DNA from: a bacterium
GTDB lineage: Bacteria; Bacteroidota; Ignavibacteria; SZUA-365
Direction: 5' to 3'
NCBI GenBank assembly: GCA_020444325.1
Contig: JAHLLD010000002.1
Location: 286,882 to 350,881, forward strand
DNA length: 64,000 nt
Numbering within the stretch: the first letter of the stretch is position 1; every line of letters starts with the position of its first letter. Made by a program: the position numbers and the translations under genes. Of this stretch, positions 35,996-46,464 are shown one piece after another. The notes under the pieces are model-generated. The model saw nothing but the letters and a program-made list of their open reading frames with translations, did no database searches and was not told the origin of the DNA.

Positions 35996-37378
35996 ATGAA
36001 AGAGCTTGCGGAGTATTTCAAAGCCAACCAGGATCGCTACATGGAGGAGTTGGCGGAGTTTATCAAGATTCCGAGTATCAGCGCGCATGCGGAACGGCGG
36101 AAGGACATCTCAAAGGCCGCCAAATTCACGGAAAAACAGCTGAAAGCGGCGGGATTGAAGAATGTGAAACAGTATCCCACCAAGGGGAATCCCGTTGTGT
36201 ACGGTGAATGGCTCGGTGCAAAGGGAGCACCCACCGTTCTGGTGTACGGACATTATGATGTGCAGCCTGTCGAGCCGCTTGAGAAATGGAAATCCGAACC
36301 GTTCACCATGACGATTCGCGGTGGGAAAATGTTCGGCCGCGGTACGGCGGATGATAAGGGACAGGTGTTCATTCACTTCAAGGTGATCGAAGCTTACCTC
36401 AAGACACAGAAGAAGTTACCGGTCAACATCAAAGTCATCGTTGAGGGTGAGGAAGAGGTCGGTAGCATCAATCTGGTGGATTTTGTCAAGAAGCATCGCA
36501 AGCTGCTGACCTGTGATACCATCCTGATTTCCGATACGAACATGCTCGGGAAGACCAAGCCGAGTATCACGTACGGACTGCGTGGACTCACGTACCTCGA
36601 GCTTTCCGTGACCTCCCTCAACGGCGACCAGCACAGCGGTACCTTCGGCGGCGGCGTGGCCAATCCGATTCAGGTGTTGTCGGAGCTTCTCGTCAAGTGT
36701 AAGGACCCGAAAACCAGCAAGGTGAAAATTCCAGGATTCTACGATGACGTGGTCCCCCTGAGCCGTAAGGAGCGCAATGAACTCGCAAAGATTCCGCACG
36801 ATGACAGGATGTATGCAAAATCCATCGGCGCGGTCAATACTTTCGGTGAGAAGGGGTATACGACCATCGAACGCACCGGTGCTCGTCCCACCTTTGAAAT
36901 CAACGGCATGTGGGGTGGACACACGGGAGCGGGTGTGAAAACCGTGCTGCCGGCATCCGCGCATGCGAAAGTTTCGATGCGCCTTGTCGCCAATCAGGAT
37001 CCTGACAAGATTGCAAAGCTCTTCAAAGACTATATCAAGAGCATCGCGCCGGACACGGTGAAGGTGGATGTCAAACTGTATGAGAACAACGGGTATGCCG
37101 CGCTGACGCCCATCAACGCTGACGGTATGAAGGCAGCGGGAGCCGCGATCAGAAAGGTGTACAAGAAGGATCCCTTCTTTACCCGCGAAGGTGGTTCCAT
37201 TCCTGTCGTGGCCGATTTCCAGCGCCTGCTCGGAGTGGAAGCCATTCTCCTCGGTTTCGGCCTGCCTGACGACAATCTGCATGCTCCCAATGAGAAAATG
37301 GATATATCCCAGTTCAATAAGGGACTCACGACAACGATGCATTTTCTCGAGGAATATGCCGCGCTGAAGCAGAAATAG
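35996..37378 (+). CDS. M20 family dipeptidase/peptidase (ArgE/DapE/CPG2-type, with dimerisation domain)
   Basis: About 460 aa. M20 metal-binding motifs (GHYDVQPV, GRGTADDKGQ, EGEEEVGS). Confidence 0.85.
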   Translation: MKELAEYFKANQDRYMEELAEFIKIPSISAHAERRKDISKAAKFTEKQLKAAGLKNVKQYPTKGNPVVYGEWLGAKGAPTVLVYGHYDVQPVEPLEKWKSEPFTMTIRGGKMFGRGTADDKGQVFIHFKVIEAYLKTQKKLPVNIKVIVEGEEEVGSINLVDFVKKHRKLLTCDTILISDTNMLGKTKPSITYGLRGLTYLELSVTSLNGDQHSGTFGGGVANPIQVLSELLVKCKDPKTSKVKIPGFYDDVVPLSRKERNELAKIPHDDRMYAKSIGAVNTFGEKGYTTIERTGARPTFEINGMWGGHTGAGVKTVLPASAHAKVSMRLVANQDPDKIAKLFKDYIKSIAPDTVKVDVKLYENNGYAALTPINADGMKAAGAAIRKVYKKDPFFTREGGSIPVVADFQRLLGVEAILLGFGLPDDNLHAPNEKMDISQFNKGLTTTMHFLEEYAALKQK

Positions 37379-37381
37379 TGC

Positions 37382-37406
37382 TTTTTATGCAGAAACTGCA
37401 TAAAAA
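37382..37406. terminator. bidirectional rho-independent terminator
   Basis: TTTTTATGCAG-aaa-CTGCATAAAAA. A perfect 11-bp AT-rich stem immediately after the M20 stop and upstream of the convergent methyltransferase gene end. Confidence 0.6.
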
Positions 37407-37485
37407 CGCGTCTGCGTTTATGCACATTCTGCATATTTTCCTTCGTGAAGGGCTGCTCACACGGGCGGCCCTTTCCTTTTCTCGC

Positions 37486-38670
37486 TTAATCGATACGCTC
37501 GGCGAACATCATGAGGTGTTCATCACCTCGACGAGTAACGATAATCACACCGTTGCGGCTGCCTCGCAGGGAGAGCTGACGCCGCAGCTGTTCCGGCGTT
37601 TCCGGGAAACCGCGCTTTTTGATCTCCGTGGTGGGACCGAAATCCAGTTCGGTCGCGATGCGGCGGAGACGCTTGCGGTTGAATGCTTCGACACGCAAAA
37701 GATGAAAGCTGCGATGCCAGATGGAGGGCAGGGGACGCTCTTCACTCCAACCGTAGGCGATCTGAGGATCCAGTGCTTCCGCGCGCTGCTCGCGCAGGTA
37801 ATGCGCCACGCTACCAGTGCGGATGATGGCTGCATGTGGCTCGATGAGAAATGTCGGATCGCCGATATTCCTTGAAGGCGCGTCACCCGGAATCCACCGT
37901 TCTCCGTTGTCCGCATGCAGGGCACAGCGGGAAGGGAGTCCGCAGTTGCGCGTCAGCAGTTGTTCGGGACAGGCGCTGCCTGTGGCAACCGTCGCAACCT
38001 GCCATCCGGGAGGAGCATCGGCCCCGGGTGCAATCTTCACCACCACGGGGGTGGCAGACGGAAGCGCATCAAACAGGTCCAGCGAGGGCTGGTATTCTTC
38101 GATGTCACGGAAACGGCGGCCGGTATCCCGGCGAGCGGGATCCGCAAAGACTCCGGAGATTTTCTCCGTCCGCAAATGCGGGAGCCAGTGTTCCGCCAGT
38201 CCCTGCAATGCGAGTGCGTTTCGACATCCGGAAACGGAAAGGTTGTGTCGCAGCAGCCGGACGTGTGCTTCATCCGCTTCTATGCAGAGTAGTCCATCGG
38301 CACGCTGAGTCAGGGCCAGCGCATCACTGCCGATACCTGAGGCAATGTCGAGCAGCACACCCTGCGACGGGAGGAGCGATGCATGCAGTCTGGCCGTCGC
38401 CGCCGATGAGGCCATCTCGAGTCCTTCACGCGTGACCAGGCATCCTGACGCAAACCCGCATTTTTCAATTGCCGCGGCTTCGAGTGCGAAGGCTTCCATG
38501 CATGCGGCAAGCAGGGACGTATCGAGGTCAGCAAATACTGCCCTCAGCCTGGTTTGCATTCTGAGTGAATCTCGGTATTTTTCAGCTTGTCTCCGGTATT
38601 CCGTTCGGATTTCGGAGGCGCGGCCAGAGGTGAGAAACGCTGCCTGTGTCCTGCTAAACCGGTATCGCAT
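37486..38670 (-). CDS. class I SAM-dependent methyltransferase with C-terminal THUMP-like domain
   Basis: 394 aa. SAM-binding motif I VLLDIASGIGSDALAL. C-terminal about 100 aa resembles the THUMP-like module of this methyltransferase family. Confidence 0.55.
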   Translation of the reverse strand: MRYRFSRTQAAFLTSGRASEIRTEYRRQAEKYRDSLRMQTRLRAVFADLDTSLLAACMEAFALEAAAIEKCGFASGCLVTREGLEMASSAATARLHASLLPSQGVLLDIASGIGSDALALTQRADGLLCIEADEAHVRLLRHNLSVSGCRNALALQGLAEHWLPHLRTEKISGVFADPARRDTGRRFRDIEEYQPSLDLFDALPSATPVVVKIAPGADAPPGWQVATVATGSACPEQLLTRNCGLPSRCALHADNGERWIPGDAPSRNIGDPTFLIEPHAAIIRTGSVAHYLREQRAEALDPQIAYGWSEERPLPSIWHRSFHLLRVEAFNRKRLRRIATELDFGPTTEIKKRGFPETPEQLRRQLSLRGSRNGVIIVTRRGDEHLMMFAERID

Positions 38671-38770
38671 TCGCTCGCTGTCTATTGATCTGCAGATCAG
38701 GCAAGGTACGATAAAACGCCTTTCTTTACTCCATGCCGCATTTTATTCACCGGATTAAACGCTGGATTGT

Positions 38771-41005
38771 ATGAAGCGAATTGCGACGACTGCGACCATC
38801 CTGATTCTCACCATCGTATTTTCCCAACAGGTCTTTGCCCAGAAGAATGGAGGCATCAAGGGAATTGTCTCCGACTCCCTGACCGGCGAGCGGCTCTCGC
38901 TGGTGAATATTTATATCCCCTCTGAAGGACTCGGTGCGGCGACGGATGCGAACGGGTTCTTTTTCATCGGCAATATTCCCCCGGGAAAAAAGACCTTCCG
39001 CATCACCCTGATTGGATACGGTATGATCACGAAGGAGTTTGAGATCCAACCGGGAAAAATCGTGACGATGGATCTTCAGCTCTCACCATCGGTCGTGGAA
39101 ATGGATGTCGTGGAAACGACGGCTGAGCGGCGCATTCGTTATGACACGGAAATCAGCACCATGCCTATTTCCGCTGCCGAGATTTCCGTCGTGCCCAAGG
39201 CGGTGGAAGCAGATCTTTTCCGAACCATTGCGGTACTGCCGGGTGTGGTTTCGACGAGCGATGTCAGCAGCAAGTTCTACGTACGCGGTGGTGGCGGAGA
39301 TCAGAACCTGATCATCCTCGACGGTATGACCATTTACAATCCTTTCCACGCTCTCGGCATCTTCTCCATCTTTGATGCAGATGCCGTCAAGGAAGCGGAA
39401 ATCATCAAGGGCGGTTTCCCCGCGCAGTGGGGCAACAGGCTCTCGTCGGTGATCAACATCCGCACGCGAGAAGGCAACAAGAACCGGCTTTCCGGAAAGC
39501 TGAACATGAGCCAGGTGAGCGGCAAGGCGCTGCTCGAAGGACCCACGCCCTGGGATGGTTCATGGATGGTGTCGGCAAGAAAGAGCTTTTTCGATGAGGT
39601 GCTGCAGAATTTCGTGCAGCAGGACACTCCGTTCGATTTTTATGATGTCATTGCACGCATGAACGTTGCCACCGGTGAGAGCGGACGGCTGTCGCTGCAC
39701 ACCCTTTTCAGTGGTGACGTCATCCGGCCCGGCTCCACCTTCGATCCGGAATACGAGTGGAAGAACGCCGCCTACGGTATGAGCTGGTTCCAGGTTCTCG
39801 AGAACAAGTATCTCATCGAGACGACATTCAGTTTCTCGAATTTCCTCGGGGAATTGCGTCCCCGGTCGAACGCGCAAATCACTCCCCGCATGTCCGAGGT
39901 CAATGACGTGTACTTCAACGGGTCCGTCACGTATTTCCGCGACAACGGTGACCAGTACGGCGCGGGCTTCATGTTCCGGCTTCCAGAGTACCACTACAGC
40001 TTCGTCAACTCCGCGAATTATCAGCGCGATGAGGTGAAGAAGAGCAGCGAAACGGGTATATGGTTCAAGTACAAAATCAAGCAGTTCCGGCCGTTCTCCC
40101 TCGAACTGGGAGTGCGCTCCGATCTCTTCTCCGTGCTTTCCCCGAACAGTTCCGATGCCTTCGAACCCAGGATCGGATTCGCCTGGGATATCAATCCGAA
40201 ACTTGCCTTCAAGCTCAGCTACGCCCGTGTGCATCAGCGTGTCATCACCATTACGAATGAAGACGACGTTGTGTCGCTGTTCGAGACATGGATTCCGGTG
40301 CCGGAGGACGAGCCCTCCGAGCAGGCGGATCACTATATTGTCGGCGTGGACGGTGATATTCCCGGTGTGCCGGGGTTGAACTTCAACGTGCAGGCGTACT
40401 ACAAGGACATGAAGAACCTTGTCGATTACAACCGCGACAAGGTCGATGCCGACGATCCTGATTTTACGCGAGCGGAAGGAGAATCCTATGGATTCGAATT
40501 TTTCCTCGAGGAGCGTCACCCGAAGTATTACGGACTGCTTTCCTATTCGCTCGGGTACACCAACCGCAGTATCGGCACGTTCACCTACAGTCCGCGTTAT
40601 GACCGTCGGCACAATCTCAACATCATCGCGGGTTGGAAGCCGGCGGAAGGCTGGGATGTCAATGTGCGTTGGGAATACGGCTCCGGACTTCCGTTCTCCC
40701 AGATCATCGGCTTTTACGACAGGCTGCAGTTCGGTGGACTCTTCGACGGTAAGGGGTATATCGGTGAAAGCGGTCAGCCCTACACCATGCTTGGTCCCAA
40801 AAACTCGGGCCGTCTGCCTTCGTACCACCGCATGGATGTCAGCGTGTCAAAAGCCTTCCAGTTCGAATTCATCAAGCTGGTTGCGGAAGCAAGCGTGCTC
40901 AACGTGTATGACCGCAACAACATGTTCTACTATGACCGCACGTCAGGCGATCGCATCGACATGCTCCCGATCCTGCCGACAGTAAATCTCCGGGTCGAAT
41001 TCTAG
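38771..41005 (+). CDS. TonB-dependent receptor with N-terminal carboxypeptidase-regulatory-like (CarbopepD_reg) domain
   Basis: 744 aa. Signal peptide, CarbopepD_reg_2-like segment (GIKGIVSDSLTGERL...ANGFFFIGNIPPGKKTFRITLIGY), plug domain, 22-strand barrel ending in a terminal F (LRVEF). Confidence 0.88.
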   Translation: MKRIATTATILILTIVFSQQVFAQKNGGIKGIVSDSLTGERLSLVNIYIPSEGLGAATDANGFFFIGNIPPGKKTFRITLIGYGMITKEFEIQPGKIVTMDLQLSPSVVEMDVVETTAERRIRYDTEISTMPISAAEISVVPKAVEADLFRTIAVLPGVVSTSDVSSKFYVRGGGGDQNLIILDGMTIYNPFHALGIFSIFDADAVKEAEIIKGGFPAQWGNRLSSVINIRTREGNKNRLSGKLNMSQVSGKALLEGPTPWDGSWMVSARKSFFDEVLQNFVQQDTPFDFYDVIARMNVATGESGRLSLHTLFSGDVIRPGSTFDPEYEWKNAAYGMSWFQVLENKYLIETTFSFSNFLGELRPRSNAQITPRMSEVNDVYFNGSVTYFRDNGDQYGAGFMFRLPEYHYSFVNSANYQRDEVKKSSETGIWFKYKIKQFRPFSLELGVRSDLFSVLSPNSSDAFEPRIGFAWDINPKLAFKLSYARVHQRVITITNEDDVVSLFETWIPVPEDEPSEQADHYIVGVDGDIPGVPGLNFNVQAYYKDMKNLVDYNRDKVDADDPDFTRAEGESYGFEFFLEERHPKYYGLLSYSLGYTNRSIGTFTYSPRYDRRHNLNIIAGWKPAEGWDVNVRWEYGSGLPFSQIIGFYDRLQFGGLFDGKGYIGESGQPYTMLGPKNSGRLPSYHRMDVSVSKAFQFEFIKLVAEASVLNVYDRNNMFYYDRTSGDRIDMLPILPTVNLRVEF

Positions 41006-41017
41006 CAGCCGCATCCC

Positions 41018-42430
41018 ATGGCGAAACCGCGCCGAAACGACTTCCTCATTCCCCTGATGGCCGTGCTCTCAGACAGCGCGGCCATTCTCGCATCCTTTTA
41101 CCTGGCCTACCTGATTCGTTTCGAGAGTCCTCTCGTCAACTTTATTCCCGTGACCAAAGGTTTTCCGCCTGTGAGCGCATACCTGATCGGGGGACTGGTT
41201 ATCACGCCGATCTGGCTGCTGATGTTCAGTGGACGCCGGGTGTACCGCGCACGGCGCGATGTGGATATGAGCCTCGAACTTTTCCAGGTCATCCGTTACG
41301 TCAGCATCGGGATGCTGGTAGTGCTCAGCCTCGCATTTTTCTATCGTGAGTTTTCGTATTCCCGTATTGTGTTCGTGTTTATCTGGGGACTCTCGATCGC
41401 GCTGATTTTCCTCGGGCGTGTTCTCGTGCTTTCGTATGAGAAAAGACTGTACGCGAAGGGCAGGGAACTGCGGAACGTACTCATTGTCGGTACGAACAAG
41501 ATGGCACAGGACCTCGCACTCAAGATGCAGCATCAGCCTGCAAACGGCTACCGCCTGATGGGGTATCTTTCGCATGAGGATGAACGGATTGAGAGTGTTG
41601 CCACGCCGCGTCTCGGCAGTATTGAGAATATTGTTCGCGTGGTTGAAGAGCAGCGTATTGAGAGTATTCTCGTCTGTCTCTCGGTCGGTGAAAACAACGA
41701 ACTTGCGCAGCTGTTTTCCATGCTCGAAGGAAAGACGGTGCAGATTCTGCTGCAGCCGGATGTGATCGGTATCACTCCAACGCGTCTTCGGCTCGGTGAA
41801 TTTCTCGGCAATCCACTTCTCGGTGTGAAGGACCTGCCGATGACGACCTGGGCACGCATCCTGAAAAGGCTGTTCGATATCGCTTTCAGCCTGCTCGTGC
41901 TGCTGTTATTCTCCCCGTTCGCGGCGTTGATTTTCCTGATCATCTGGATTGAGTCGGGACGACCCATATTTTACCGGCAGGTGCGAGTCGGACTCGAAGG
42001 AGAGGAGTTCGAACTGCTGAAATTTCGCACCATGAAAGTCAATGCGGAGCAGGAAACCGGTCCGACATGGACGAAGCGTGGTGACCCACGCGTCACGCGC
42101 ATCGGGAAATTGCTCAGGCGTCTAAGCCTGGATGAAATTCCGCAGTTCATCAATGTTCTGCGCGGAGAGATGAGCGTCGTCGGTCCGCGCCCTGAGCGCC
42201 CGGAGTTCGTCCGTCAGTTTCAGCAGTATGTACCCAAATACCTCGAGCGCCATCGTCTCAAGACCGGGCTCACGGGCTGGGCACAGGTCAACGGTCTGCG
42301 TGGGGAAGTCCCGATTGCAGAACGCACGAAATTCGACCTTTACTATATTGAAAACTGGTCGCTCAAACTTGACCTTCGCATTATCTTCAAAACCGTATAC
42401 GCCATTTTATTCGGCAAGGACGCATACTGA
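41018..42430 (+). CDS. undecaprenyl-phosphate hexose-1-phosphate transferase (WbaP/bacterial sugar transferase family)
   Basis: 470 aa. N-terminal TM segments plus a C-terminal PF02397-like domain (KRLFDIAFSLLVLLLFSP, LLKFRTM, MSVVGPRPERPEFV). Confidence 0.88.
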   Translation: MAKPRRNDFLIPLMAVLSDSAAILASFYLAYLIRFESPLVNFIPVTKGFPPVSAYLIGGLVITPIWLLMFSGRRVYRARRDVDMSLELFQVIRYVSIGMLVVLSLAFFYREFSYSRIVFVFIWGLSIALIFLGRVLVLSYEKRLYAKGRELRNVLIVGTNKMAQDLALKMQHQPANGYRLMGYLSHEDERIESVATPRLGSIENIVRVVEEQRIESILVCLSVGENNELAQLFSMLEGKTVQILLQPDVIGITPTRLRLGEFLGNPLLGVKDLPMTTWARILKRLFDIAFSLLVLLLFSPFAALIFLIIWIESGRPIFYRQVRVGLEGEEFELLKFRTMKVNAEQETGPTWTKRGDPRVTRIGKLLRRLSLDEIPQFINVLRGEMSVVGPRPERPEFVRQFQQYVPKYLERHRLKTGLTGWAQVNGLRGEVPIAERTKFDLYYIENWSLKLDLRIIFKTVYAILFGKDAY

Positions 42431-42431
42431 C

Positions 42432-42740
42432 ATGATCGCCATCATCGTTTTCTATCTGCATATCATCGGAGCCGTATACGCCTTCAGCAAAGGGTATGTG
42501 GAACACAAGCTGGTAGACGCCTTCATGTCGCTGGCTTTCGTTGCCATTATTTTCTCGGTGGGCTGGACCATGGCCGGTTTCATCGTGCGTTTTCTCTTCC
42601 CGGAGAAGGGATTTGGCACCTGGCTCGACAACGATACCATTTCGCTGATACTGGTGACATTCTTCGAAGTCATTCTCTATGTCACCTATTTTGTCAAGCA
42701 GAGAGGGAAGGATGAGACCGCAGGACAAGCAGCGTCCTGA
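42432..42740 (+). CDS. small hypothetical membrane protein
   Basis: 102 aa, 3 predicted TM helices. ATG overlaps the sugar-transferase stop (ATGA-type coupling). The longer ORF from 42228 was trimmed. Confidence 0.4.
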   Translation: MIAIIVFYLHIIGAVYAFSKGYVEHKLVDAFMSLAFVAIIFSVGWTMAGFIVRFLFPEKGFGTWLDNDTISLILVTFFEVILYVTYFVKQRGKDETAGQAAS

Positions 42741-42776
42741 AAGCACATCGGCAAAGTCTGTACCTGAATGGAAATG

Positions 42777-42805
42777 AAAACGTCCCCGCGCTGCGGGGAC
42801 GTTTT
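42777..42805. terminator. bidirectional rho-independent terminator
   Basis: gaaACGTCCCCGCgctGCGGGGACGTttt. A perfect 10-bp GC-rich stem with a 3-nt loop, between convergent genes. Confidence 0.82.
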
Positions 42806-42832
42806 GCGATGTATACGTACGGGACGACAGTC

Positions 42833-43471
42833 TCAGATGATTTTCTGTGCGAGTTCGATGCCCAGTCCCTCACGGGTGATCTCCGGAACTTCTTCCGTGA
42901 AGTCGATCATGGTTGAAAGGCGATCACCGAAAGGGGACCGGTACTTTGCATCGACTTCAATAATGATGTCGACGAAAGGATCGAACAGATCGAACAGGCC
43001 TTCATTGGTATCCGGTTCTTCCCAATCGGGCAACTTGGCGGACATGGAAATCAGAGGATTGCCGAGTTCGGCGATCAGCATCTGGCAGAGGAAATGGTCC
43101 GGCACCCGGATACCTGTCACTTTGCGGCGGGAATTGAGCACGAGGTTCGGCACCATTTTCGTCGCCGGCAGCAGAAGTGTGTACGGTCCGGGCACGAGCT
43201 GCCGTATGATCTGATAGGTGGTGTCGGAAATCTTGGCGTAGTCTGAGATCTGGGAGATATCCGCTGCGACGAAGGTGAGCGGTTTGGCTTCTGGCAGATT
43301 CCGCATTTTGCGAATGCGTTCCTGTCCCGCTTTGTTGCGAATGTCGCAGCCAATGGCGTAGACGGTGTCCGTGGGATACAGCATCACCGCACCACGCTGG
43401 AGCTGATCGACTACCGTGTCGATGAGGCGCAGCTGGGGATTATCGGGATGAATGTTGTAACGGGTAGCCAT
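42833..43471 (-). CDS. tsaC: L-threonylcarbamoyladenylate synthase (YrdC/Sua5 family, short TsaC type)
   Basis: 212 aa. YrdC-domain motifs (VMLYPTDTVYAIGCD, ISMSAKLPDWEEP). Confidence 0.82.
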   Translation of the reverse strand: MATRYNIHPDNPQLRLIDTVVDQLQRGAVMLYPTDTVYAIGCDIRNKAGQERIRKMRNLPEAKPLTFVAADISQISDYAKISDTTYQIIRQLVPGPYTLLLPATKMVPNLVLNSRRKVTGIRVPDHFLCQMLIAELGNPLISMSAKLPDWEEPDTNEGLFDLFDPFVDIIIEVDAKYRSPFGDRLSTMIDFTEEVPEITREGLGIELAQKII

Positions 43472-43537
43472 TTCTCGCTGTCCGGTTGTGCTTTGATGGT
43501 GTGGATATGAATTACTTACGTGAATATACGCAAACGG

Positions 43538-44293
43538 TTACGGCTTGCGCGATGCGAATATTGATGCCAGCTCAGAAAGCTGTTCAACAGTATTGACTCC
43601 GCGAATCTCGTCAAAACTCTCGACCACATGCGGAATCATCGTACGCTGCTCATTCTGGAAAATCTCAAAGACGTCCGGGAGGTAATATTCGCCCTGTGCG
43701 TTGTCGTTCGTCACACGGGCCAGGGCATCGAAGAGGGGGCTTTTCTGAAAGACATATATCCCGCTGTTGATTTCCCGCACCGCGCGCTCTTCCTCGCTTG
43801 CGTCCTTGTGTTCGACGATACGCAGAATTTCCCCATCGCTGCCACGTATGACACGGCCGTACCCGGTGGGATCGGGAAGCATTGCCGTGAGTACGGTCAC
43901 CGCTGAGGCGGCCTCATGGTGCTTATCGAGCGCAGCCTGCATGGTCTCACGTCTTGTCATGGGAGCGTCCCCCGAGAGGATCATGACATCGCCTTCAAAG
44001 TCAGCGAGCAGGGGCTCCGCCATCCGTACGGCGTGTCCGGTACCCAGCTGTTCTGCCTGCACGGCGAACTCGATGTCCGGATCGAGGCCTGAAAGATAAT
44101 CCATTACCTGCTGGCGCTGATGACCGACAATGACGATGATGCGCTGGGCGCCGAGGTCTTTTGCCAGGCGGACAACATGCTCGACAAGAGGCACACCGGC
44201 AAGCTCGTGCATGACCTTGGCCTTATCGGGGTTTTTCATGCGCTTGCCCTGCCCGGCTGCCATGATTACTGCGGCAAGAGAGGGTGTATTCAT
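43538..44293 (-). CDS. sugar-phosphate nucleotidyltransferase (GlmU N-terminal-like NTP_transferase domain only)
   Basis: About 251 aa from MNTPSLAAVIMAAGQGKRMKNPDKAKVMHELAGVPLVEHV. This is the G-x-G-x-R nucleotidyltransferase signature, similar to GlmU/MobA-like proteins, with no LbH acetyltransferase part. The ORF track start at 44356 was trimmed to the internal ATG. Confidence 0.7.
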   Translation of the reverse strand: MNTPSLAAVIMAAGQGKRMKNPDKAKVMHELAGVPLVEHVVRLAKDLGAQRIIVIVGHQRQQVMDYLSGLDPDIEFAVQAEQLGTGHAVRMAEPLLADFEGDVMILSGDAPMTRRETMQAALDKHHEAASAVTVLTAMLPDPTGYGRVIRGSDGEILRIVEHKDASEEERAVREINSGIYVFQKSPLFDALARVTNDNAQGEYYLPDVFEIFQNEQRTMIPHVVESFDEIRGVNTVEQLSELASIFASRKP

Positions 44294-44378
44294 ACGATGA
44301 TCTTGAGATGACTTGACAGGAAGGTACGAGGGATGTGTGGGACCCCCATGTGACATCCGTTCCCGGTGCTGACGGTGC

Positions 44379-44735
44379 TCACAGGATCTGCTTTACGTTG
44401 TTGTGCTCGTCGACGAGAATGATGGAAGGTTTATGGCCGCTGAGTTCGCTGTCTTCATATTCGGCATAGGTAATAATGATGACTTCGTCTCCGACGTGGC
44501 CAAGCCGTGCGGCTGCGCCGTTCAGGCATATCGTTCCACTTCCGGCTTCACCCTTGAGTGCATAGGTTTCGAAGCGTTGACCATTGTTCACATTCACCAC
44601 CTGAACCTTCTCGTATTCGAGAATATCCGCCTGCGCCATGAGGTCACGGTCGATGGTGATGCTGCCTTCGTAGTACAGCTCCGCCTGTGTGACACGTGCA
44701 CGGTGAATCTTGGATTTGAACATGATGCGCTTCAT
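44379..44735 (-). CDS. panD: aspartate 1-decarboxylase
   Basis: 118 aa. Strongly conserved PanD sequence ([23 protein letters not shown], the self-cleavage G-S site, [12 protein letters not shown]). Confidence 0.92.
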   Translation of the reverse strand: MKRIMFKSKIHRARVTQAELYYEGSITIDRDLMAQADILEYEKVQVVNVNNGQRFETYALKGEAGSGTICLNGAAARLGHVGDEVIIITYAEYEDSELSGHKPSIILVDEHNNVKQIL

Positions 44736-45592
44736 TGCTGCGTCGCCTGCTTTCCGAGTAAGATGTTGTCAATCAATCGTGTCTTTCCGACACGACCGGC
44801 AATGGCTATCAGGGCTGTTGTTTCGATACGGCCTTCGATGGGAAGGAAGGTCGCCGGATCGACGACTTCGACGTAATCGAGCGTGACACCACTGCCCATA
44901 ATCTCCTCTTCCACAGCGTTGCGAAGGGTTTCTGTGTGGCGTTCGCCGCGTAAAAACATCGCTTCCGCGCTGCGGAGGGAACGGGAAAGCGCGAGAGCTT
45001 CCAATCGTTCCTGATCCGAAAGATACGTGTTTCTCGAACTCATTGCCAGTCCATCCGGTTCCCTGCGGATGGGGGCGACGACGATCTCGATGCCGAAATG
45101 GAGGTCGGTTGTCATCCGGCGGATGATGGCGGCCTGCTGAGCGTCTTTCTGGCCGAAAACGGCGGCGTGGGGTCGCACGATATGAAACAGTTTGCTGACC
45201 ACGGTGGTAACGCCGCGAAAATGTGTCGGACGATGGGCACCTTCAAGAGTTGCTCCGAGCCGGTCGACGTTGACCCAGCTGCTGTCGTTCTCAGGGTACA
45301 TCTCACCGGCGGTGGGAGTGAAAATGATGTCGCATCCCGCGGCTTCCGCGAGCTCTCTGTCACGCGCGAGGTCTCGCGGGTAGCGTTCGAGATCTTCACC
45401 TTCCGCGAATTGTGTGGGATTGACAAAAATGGACATCACGACAATATCGCCGTGCTGACGGGCCAGGCGCAGCAGGTCAAGATGCCCCTCGTGCAGATAG
45501 CCCATCGTGGGCACAAATGCGATGCGTTTGCCTTCGGCGCGGAGACGGTCTGCAGTCTCCTGCATCGATGCAATGGAATTGATAAGTATCAC
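44732..45592 (-). CDS. panC: pantoate--beta-alanine ligase
   Basis: 286 aa. PanC motifs ([24 protein letters not shown]). Overlaps panD by 4 nt. Confidence 0.92.
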   Translation of the reverse strand: MILINSIASMQETADRLRAEGKRIAFVPTMGYLHEGHLDLLRLARQHGDIVVMSIFVNPTQFAEGEDLERYPRDLARDRELAEAAGCDIIFTPTAGEMYPENDSSWVNVDRLGATLEGAHRPTHFRGVTTVVSKLFHIVRPHAAVFGQKDAQQAAIIRRMTTDLHFGIEIVVAPIRREPDGLAMSSRNTYLSDQERLEALALSRSLRSAEAMFLRGERHTETLRNAVEEEIMGSGVTLDYVEVVDPATFLPIEGRIETTALIAIAGRVGKTRLIDNILLGKQATQQ

Positions 45593-45603
45593 AGCGCGTC
45601 CGA

Positions 45604-46449
45604 TCAGACGTTATGCATGTGTTCGAGGAGGGTGCCGAGTGTATCGCGCATATCCGCGCGCGGCACAACCTTGTCAAGAAAGCCTTTATCAAGCAGAAAT
45701 TCGGCACGCTGAAAGCCTTCGGGAAGATCGCGTCCGATGGTCTGCTTGATCACACGGGGACCTGCGAAACCGATCAGCGCCTTGGGTTCGGCCAGGATGA
45801 TATCGCCCAGCATTGCGAAACTGGCGGTGACGCCGCCTGTCGTCGGATCGAGCAGGATGGATATGTACGGCAGGCCGGCATCGTGCAGCAATGAGAGCCG
45901 TGCGCTGGTTTTCGCCATCTGCATCAGGGAATAGGCACCTTCCATCATACGCGCGCCGCCGCTGGAGGACACGATGATGAGGGGACATTTCTGTTTGATC
46001 GCGCGGTCGATCGCTCGCGCGATCTTCTCGCCGACAACAGAACCCATGCTCCCGCCGATGAATCCGAAATCCATCACCGCGATGGAAACCGTGCGGCCGT
46101 GGATTTTTCCGAGTCCGCTGCGCATGGCGTCCTGCAGACCACTTTTCTTTATCGTTGCTTCGACACGATCTGCATAGGGCTTGCTGTCGGTGAATTCGAG
46201 GGGATCGGTCGCCCGCATCTTGCGGTCATATTCCTTGAAGCTCCCCTTGTCGAGGATGATTTCCAGGTACTGGGAACTGCCGACACGAAAGGAAGCACCG
46301 CAGTGAATGCAGGTGTAGAGGGCAGCCTCGAGCTGTTTCTGATGCATCATTTCACTGCAATGATTGCATTTCACCCACGATCCGTCCGGTACGTCGCGCT
46401 TACGGCCTGAAGTTTCTATGTTGGATTTGCTGCGTTTAAACCACGCCAT
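45604..46449 (-). CDS. accD: acetyl-CoA carboxylase carboxyltransferase subunit beta
   Basis: 281 aa. N-terminal Zn-ribbon CNHCSEMMHQKQLEAALYTCIHCG, then a carboxyltransferase domain (GGSMGSVVGEKIARA...GGARMMEG). Confidence 0.9.
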   Translation of the reverse strand: MAWFKRSKSNIETSGRKRDVPDGSWVKCNHCSEMMHQKQLEAALYTCIHCGASFRVGSSQYLEIILDKGSFKEYDRKMRATDPLEFTDSKPYADRVEATIKKSGLQDAMRSGLGKIHGRTVSIAVMDFGFIGGSMGSVVGEKIARAIDRAIKQKCPLIIVSSSGGARMMEGAYSLMQMAKTSARLSLLHDAGLPYISILLDPTTGGVTASFAMLGDIILAEPKALIGFAGPRVIKQTIGRDLPEGFQRAEFLLDKGFLDKVVPRADMRDTLGTLLEHMHNV

Positions 46450-46464
46450 GATGGAAGCTCCGTG

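Noticed and set aside
36416-37342. 308-aa minus-strand ORF
   Set aside because: Antisense to the M20 peptidase gene.
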